Shown piece after piece: positions 58,222 to 64,000 of a stretch of DNA of 64,000 nt. Position numbers and translations under genes: made by a program. Source of the stretch: an uncultured Phycisphaerales bacterium (GTDB lineage Bacteria > Planctomycetota > Phycisphaerae > Sedimentisphaerales > Anaerobacaceae). Numbering within the stretch: position 1 is the first letter of the stretch; the number at the start of each line of letters is the position of its first letter. The notes below the pieces were generated by a model. The model made no database searches and was not told where the DNA came from. It was given only the letters and a program-made list of their open reading frames with translations. The stretch is from NCBI GenBank assembly GCA_963760535.1, contig CAVXEF010000026.1, positions 18,416 to 82,415 of the forward strand. Reading direction: 5' to 3'.

Positions 58222-58332
58222 AACCTCATCGCCAAAGGAAAAAAGCTCTGTGTACTTTCCTTCATAACAACTTTTATCATGTCATATCACATCTATAATT
58301 ACTTAAATCATTCCTTCAATCAAGACAAGGTA

Positions 58333-59133
58333 TTAAAGCTGTGATAGATTTCTATAAAGTATCGATTTATAAAGTCTATACAATTCACCTATAAAGCGGT
58401 TCGCAACTAACACGTAATCAAATTCCTTAAGTAGAAACCCTCCAAAGCTTTGCTTAAATTGGGTAATTCCGTAGGCGGGTGAATCCTTATCCAAATTTAT
58501 GCCGCCCATATCATACCAACGAAATCCCTGCTGCTTGTACATTTCTATCATAGTACGCCAGTGAAGATATCTCATGAAAGCACCGGAAAGTTTTCGTAAC
58601 GTTTCGTCGGAAAACCGATCGTTGAAAGAATAGAGTAGTCTTACACGTGATAGACCGTCTTTAATGTAAAAATTACCACCCACCAGTTGGCCATTATAGT
58701 ATATATTAATCAGATCGCCACACCCTTTTTCCATATACTTTTCCAGTTGCCACGACCTTAAAGGTTTTAAGTACTTTTTTACCTGTATGTAACTGTTGGC
58801 GATTTCAATGTAGCGTGCTATGTCGGTATTTTCTGCGATCTTTACGTCTTCTCCTTTATCCGCCATTTTCTGTATCTTTCGTATCTCGTATTTGCAGGAT
58901 TTAGGGTCGAACGCTTTCCAAATTTCCTTCTCTGATTGGGTCAAGTCTATCACTGTGGTATTAAAAACACTTTGCTGGATACATACGGTCCGCCCCAGAA
59001 CCAGCTCCACGGCGCTTTGTCTGAAAACGTGCAGCATACCAAGTTCGTCGGCGTTCAAGGTGGGGGCTGTATTAAACCAGGTTGTTACCACCGGAATCAG
59101 CCCGAACTTCTTATATGATATAGTAACGGACAT
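58333..59133 (-). CDS. FemAB/GNAT-fold acyltransferase-like protein (function uncertain)
   Basis: 266 aa. The assignment rests on overall similarity to FemAB-like / BioF2-like acetyltransferase families (YDMGGI, GITQFKQSFGG). Lies in a low-GC region. Confidence 0.45.
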   Translation of the reverse strand: MSVTISYKKFGLIPVVTTWFNTAPTLNADELGMLHVFRQSAVELVLGRTVCIQQSVFNTTVIDLTQSEKEIWKAFDPKSCKYEIRKIQKMADKGEDVKIAENTDIARYIEIANSYIQVKKYLKPLRSWQLEKYMEKGCGDLINIYYNGQLVGGNFYIKDGLSRVRLLYSFNDRFSDETLRKLSGAFMRYLHWRTMIEMYKQQGFRWYDMGGINLDKDSPAYGITQFKQSFGGFLLKEFDYVLVANRFIGELYRLYKSILYRNLSQL

Positions 59134-59181
59134 TTAATCGCCCTGCTCATAAGCCCCGAAGTTAATCTACCTTGAAAACAT

Positions 59182-60168
59182 CTATTCTTTCTCCTTATCA
59201 ACAGAAATCTCGTAGTAATCTCCACAACCAGCACCACCAACCCCTGCCTTTGAGAGTAAACTAAAGATTTTGTTCAAATCACTGTATAGATTGTCAATAT
59301 CACCCCATGTTGCGTAAGTTGGACTGCAACCCGGCATTAATTCCGACGAGTGAAGCATAAACTCCACGTATTTACTATTTGAAGCAAGTTCGCTTTCCAA
59401 CATTCTTAAGATACTTTTTATATTTCTTCTCTTACATCGGAACCAACTTGGTCGGCCAAATACTCCCCACATCAGATACTTTACAGCGGCAGATGGCATA
59501 ATCGAATATAGCTTGCTGAAAATAGGACCATATTTCCATCTGATAGTTACAGGCAGCTCCAGAACAGAGGAATGCCCCGCCTTTGATATGTCATTCATAT
59601 CCAAAAAATAGGCTTCGGTGGGAAAGTTACTAAAATTCGGACCGCCGCTTCCATCCGGCGCTCCCAACTTTGTTTTCCAACACTCAAAAGGGGTTACAGA
59701 GCAATCAACCTTATATCGCAACTGCTCAAGAACACGCGCATAAATCTCGTTAAAACCCCATCTGCCTGCCCTGTGTGAAACAATCTTCGTCTCAAATGTA
59801 GACTCAAGCAAATCTGTAAGAAATTTTACTTTCTTGTATATAATTTCCTCAGGATACTCAATCAAATAAGGCCCATGTTTTCTGTCGTTTCCGGTAAGAT
59901 TATAGTCCGGCGGTGAGTTCCATGCATGAGGGTGTGAACCAATCTCACATGTGCCTCTTGCCAAACATTCCTTACCAAACTTGACAAAAAACTCGTCCAC
60001 GACCATTTCATAACTTGTCAAGTATGTCGGCTTATACGCGTACCGCTCACAAAGTTCCTGAAAAGGTGGTAAGAACTTGGCGTTTTCGGTCGTAATATTC
60101 TGGCGGCATTGTTCAGACCACTGGTTATCACCCTCAGTATCAATCGTAATTATTAGAACTGGTTTCAT
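59182..60168 (-). CDS. polysaccharide deacetylase-like (WalW-type) protein (function uncertain)
   Basis: 328 aa. An N-terminal VLIITIDTEGD motif and the GSHPHAW histidines resemble the divergent deacetylase family. Lies in a low-GC region. Confidence 0.45.
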   Translation of the reverse strand: MKPVLIITIDTEGDNQWSEQCRQNITTENAKFLPPFQELCERYAYKPTYLTSYEMVVDEFFVKFGKECLARGTCEIGSHPHAWNSPPDYNLTGNDRKHGPYLIEYPEEIIYKKVKFLTDLLESTFETKIVSHRAGRWGFNEIYARVLEQLRYKVDCSVTPFECWKTKLGAPDGSGGPNFSNFPTEAYFLDMNDISKAGHSSVLELPVTIRWKYGPIFSKLYSIMPSAAVKYLMWGVFGRPSWFRCKRRNIKSILRMLESELASNSKYVEFMLHSSELMPGCSPTYATWGDIDNLYSDLNKIFSLLSKAGVGGAGCGDYYEISVDKEKE

Positions 60169-60199
60169 AAGTGTGCTCTTGTGTTTGTAAGCCCTTTTT

Positions 60200-62641
60200 T
60201 TAATCGGGCTTCAAGGCAAGTTTAAGAACCTCGTTTGTGTTTTTGACAAAAGCGAATTTAAGGCCTTTTTTCGCCTCTTTCGGGACTTCAGGGAGGTCTT
60301 TTTTGTTTCTCTGCGGCAGGATAACGGTCTTTATGCCGGCCTGTTTTGCAGCAAGTATCTTTTCCTTTAATCCTCCGATCGGCAAAACCAGTCCGCGAAG
60401 GTTATCTCGCCGGTCATCGCCACCTCAGGCCGGGTTGGTTTGCCTAAAAGCAAGCTGACCAGCGACGTGAACATCGCGACGCCGGCACTCGGGCCGTCCT
60501 TGGGAATTGCACCTGCCGGAACGTGAATGTGGTAGTCGAATTTGCTGAATCTCGACGGCTCGATTTTCAAGTCTTTGGCGTTCGCCTTTACGATGGAAAA
60601 AGCGGTCTGGGCACTTTCCTTCATAACATCTCCGATTTGGCCGGTTAGCTGTAAGCTGCCTTTGCCGGGCATAGATGCCGATTCAATAAAAAGCAGCTCC
60701 CCTCCGACCGGCGTAAAGGCCAACGCAGTAGCAACCCCCGGTATGCCGGCTCGCAGCGCCAGCTCAGGCTCGAACTGCGTAGGTCCCAGAATTTTGGCAA
60801 GGTCCTTTTTGCCTATGGTCGCTCCCTTCTTTCGGCCCTTGGCAATGCCGGTCGCAACAGCCCTGCAAATCGCTGCGATATTTCTTTCGAGATTTCGCAC
60901 GCCGGCCTCTCGCGTATAGCTTTGAATTATTGCAAGTATTGCCTCGTCTTTGATAGTGAGCCGACTTTTATTGAGCCCGTGCTCAGTGAGCTGACGAGGA
61001 ACGAGATATTTTTTCGCAATGTTCAGTTTTTCGCCTTCGGTATAGCCGGGCAGTTCGATAATTTCCATCCTGTCGTGCAGTGCCGGCGGTATCGGCTCAG
61101 CGTAATTGGCGGTGCCGATGAACATCACGCTGGACAAATCGAAGGGCTGGTCAAGATAATGGTCGGTGAAGCTGAAGTTCTGCTCCGGGTCGAGCACCTC
61201 TAAAAGTGCGCTCGCAGGGTCGCCCCGGAAGTCAGCACCGATTTTATCCAGCTCGTCAAGCATAAAGACGGGATTTCTGCTTTCAGCTTTTCTTAATTCC
61301 TGCAGTATTCGCCCCGGCAGTGCTCCGATGTAGGTTCTTCGGTGTCCCCGGATGTCGGCCTCGTCTCTTATTCCGCCGAGCGATATGCGGATGAACTTTC
61401 TTCCTAAAGCCCTCGCAATGGATTTGCCAAGCGATGTCTTGCCGACGCCGGGCGGGCCGATGAAGCAGAGTATTGGACTTTTGCCGGTCGGGTTTAGCTT
61501 TCGAACAGCTAAAAATTCGAGGATGCGCTTTTTGACTTTTTGCAGGTCGTAATGGTCCTGATTCAATATCCGCTGCGCCTTGTTGATGTCAAGATGGTCT
61601 TTTGTTTGAATCGACCAGGGCAGTTCGCAGACCCAGTCGAGATACGTCCGGATGACGCTGTATTCGGGCGAAGCCGGTGGTATCTTGCTTAGCCTCTCTA
61701 ATTCGCGCAGGGCCTCAGCCTGAACTTTTTCGGGCATCCTTGCTTTTTCGATATTTTTCTTGAGTTGCTTTAGCTCTTCGGTTTGGCGGTCGCCCCGTCC
61801 AAGCTCAGATTGGATGGCCTTTAGCTGTTCTTGTAGGAAATATTCCCGCTGACTTTTTTCTATGGATTCTCTGACCCGGCCTTGGATTTTGTGGCTTAAC
61901 TCGAGTACTTCCAGTTGGCTTGCCAGTGCGACGGATATTTTTTCGAGTCGTTTGACCTCGTCAAGCTCTTCAAGCAGTTGCTGTTTTTCGCTTATGGGCA
62001 GGCTGAGATTTGCAGCCAGGAAATCCGCCAGCGCAGATGGGTTTTCTATGTTTTCCAGCAGCACCGTCGCCTCTTCAGGGATATTGGGGCTTAGCGCAAT
62101 CACACGGTTGGCAGCCTGCCGGACACTGACAATAAGGGCCTGCAGATTTTTTGTCATCTTGGTTCCGAAGGTAAGCATCTGCACCTCCGCCTTCAGATAT
62201 GGCTCGGTGGCAACCCTTTCGGTTATCCGAAAGCGCGACTATGCCGTGGACTACAATATGAATCAAATCCTGCGGCATCTTGATAACCTTGAGGATTGTG
62301 GCTGCGGTTCCGACAGAATAAAGGTCGTCGAAGCCTGGGCTGTCGGTTTCGGCGTTGCGCTGCGTGACGAGGCCTATGATGGATTCGTTTGGGGTAGCTT
62401 CGGTAATGAGATGTTTGCTTTTCTGCCGGCCTATCGCCAGTGGTGTCACCGTGCCAGGGTACGCAACGGCGTTTCGAATAGGCAGGATGGGAATTACATC
62501 CGGCAGTTTGAATTCGTGGCTGTTGTCCTTCGGAGAACCGGTCTCGCCTTGCAGATAGTGCTCAACTTCGCCGAGGTCCTCGCCGGAAAGTTCAATCGGC
62601 CATACTCCGTCGGTTACGAATTTTTTAAGCTCATCCGCCAT
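60200..62641 (-). CDS. lon: ATP-dependent Lon protease (two apparent frameshifts)
   Basis: The LON N domain ([14 protein letters not shown]) joins ...IHIVVHGIV|[21 protein letters not shown] near 62234. AAA+ motif GPPGVGKTS. The protease domain is split near 60398: AMTGEIT|[23 protein letters not shown] (CC where CCC is needed). Confidence 0.9.
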
Positions 62642-62843
62642 TTTCAGTTAATATCTCCCAATCAAATACGAGTATACCCTATTGGCACGCAAAAGGCAAA
62701 GGTTGCACCGGTATCCTTTAGGTATGTCGGACTGCCCGCGGTACAAATTTAGCTGTTTTTCCTGGAAAAACTGTCGGCTTTTTGAATGTATGTACTCAGA
62801 AATCCCCAGACGGAATTCCCAGACAGCTGCTTAGGGTTATCCC

Positions 62844-64000
62844 TACTTGTACTTGATGACCGCGTGGTAACTTTGCAGTGATCTTATGGGGCTGTCGCTA
62901 TTTCGGCGAGCAGCAATTCCTTTGACGGCGGCGGCAGCAGCGCCGTCGTCGTTACGTACGGTATCTTGTACTTTATCGCCGCCTTGCGAATATATGAATC
63001 GTCGTATTTGCTCATCTTGCCCGCAGGCGTATTCACAATCAATTGAATCTCGCCGTTCTTTATGCAGTCCATCACATTGGGCCTGCCTTCGTGCATTTTC
63101 AAAACCATCTCCGATTTGATGCCATTTTGTTCAAGCAGGCGATGTGTTCCCTCGGTCGCCTTGATTTTGAAACTGAGTTTCGCAAACTCCTTTGCCGGCC
63201 GGATAATGTCTTTCTTGTCGGGGTCGGCTACGGTTATAAGCACTGTTCCTTCCGAAGGCAGACGTAGTTGTGTAGCCTCCTGCGCCTTGTAATACGCCAG
63301 TTCAAACGAATCCGCCAGCCCTAATACCTCGCCGGTCGAGCGCATCTCAGGTCCCAAAACCGGGTCAACTTCAGGGAACATATTGAAGGGGAACACCGAC
63401 TCTTTAACGCCAAAGTGCGGGATTTGTCTGTGCTTGAGATTTAAGTCTTTCAGCTTTTTGCCCAACATAACCTGGGTCGCTACTCTCGCCATCGAAAGTC
63501 CGCAGACCTTCGACACGATGGGAACGGTCCTCGATGCCCGCGGGTTTGCTTCCAGCACATAAACCTTGTCGTTGCATATCGCATACTGGATATTCATTAA
63601 CCCGACGACGTTTAACTTTATTGCAATTTTCTTTGTGTACTCGGCTATCGTATCCAAGTGCTTCTTCGGTATGCTCACGGGAGGTATCACGCAGGCCGAA
63701 TCGCCTGAGTGAATCCCTGCAAGCTCGATATGCTCCATTATCGCCGGTATAAAGGCGTCGGTGCCATCAGATATCGCGTCGGCCTCTGTCTCAGTCGCAT
63801 TTTCCAGAAATTTATCTATAAGTATTGGTCTTTCGGGCGTAACATCCACCGCCGCCGCAACGTATTCTTTAAGCATCTCCTCATCGTGCACCACTTCCAT
63901 ACCCCGACCGCCCAATACGTACGACGGCCTGACAATCAGCGGATAGCCGATTTTCTTGGCCAGCGCCAACGCGTCCTCAAGGTTGCTTGCCATTCCCGCC
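62844..64000 (-). CDS. carB: second carbamoyl-phosphate synthase large-subunit paralogue, C-terminal half (5' end outside window; apparent frameshift near 62940)
   Basis: ORF 62884..63993 remains open to the window edge. After YVTTT the alternative frame gives the canonical end AAAAAAVKGIAARRNSDSPIRSLQSYHAVIKYK*, with its stop at 62846-62844. Confidence 0.85.

Noticed and set aside
62683-62698. Sigma-54-like motif TGGCACGCAAAAGGCA with correct GG-N10-GC spacing in the lon/carB2 intergenic region
   Set aside because: It points along the plus strand into the 3' end of the minus-strand carB paralogue, with no plus-strand gene downstream. The -12 element is AGGCA rather than TTGCA. It could drive an antisense RNA, but nothing in the sequence supports that.

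Overview
This 64-kb window is core chromosome from a Gram-negative bacterium at roughly 50% GC. Gene content and protein style suggest the PVC group (Planctomycetota/Phycisphaerae-like), but that is a low-confidence guess. Left to right it holds:
- etfBA, two membrane proteins, proBA and tRNA-Gly(UCC).
- A minimal dcw block (mraZ, small orf, rsmH, LysM protein, ftsL-like, ftsI). It converges on a coiled-coil gene, a micro-ORF and mreBCD-mrdA.
- A HEAT-repeat lipoprotein, lnt, an orphan beta-class DNA methyltransferase, a lipoprotein, clpP-clpP-tig, tRNA-Gly(GCC), pcm and an Mth938-like gene.
- A NifA-like sigma-54 activator divergent from a ~15.7-kb co-directional nitrogen/glutamine cluster (porin remnant, amtB, PII, glnA, gltBD, nadE, carB-carA).
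- tRNA-Ser, padR plus a membrane partner, rpsU, hflX, tsaD, larB, nnrD, an AhpD-like gene and bioY.
- Four tandem receiver genes ending in a REC-GGDEF-HD-GYP hybrid, then arfB, a low-GC two-gene glycan-modification islet, lon and a second carB.

I found no CRISPR array, prophage, IS element or recognisable defence island. Three things stand out.
1. At least eight short tandem arrays have strict 7-nt periodicity but locus-specific unit sequences. Some are intergenic hairpins. Others are read through in frame inside mrdA, nadE and a lipoprotein gene.
2. Three MITE-like palindromic elements share the TIR core GCACCAATTG. All are inserted in frame in the single HEAT-repeat gene, and one supplies its stop codon.
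3. More than 20 single-nucleotide frame disruptions lie in otherwise well-conserved, often essential genes. Assembly indels explain them best, and they must be resolved before any pseudogene claim.
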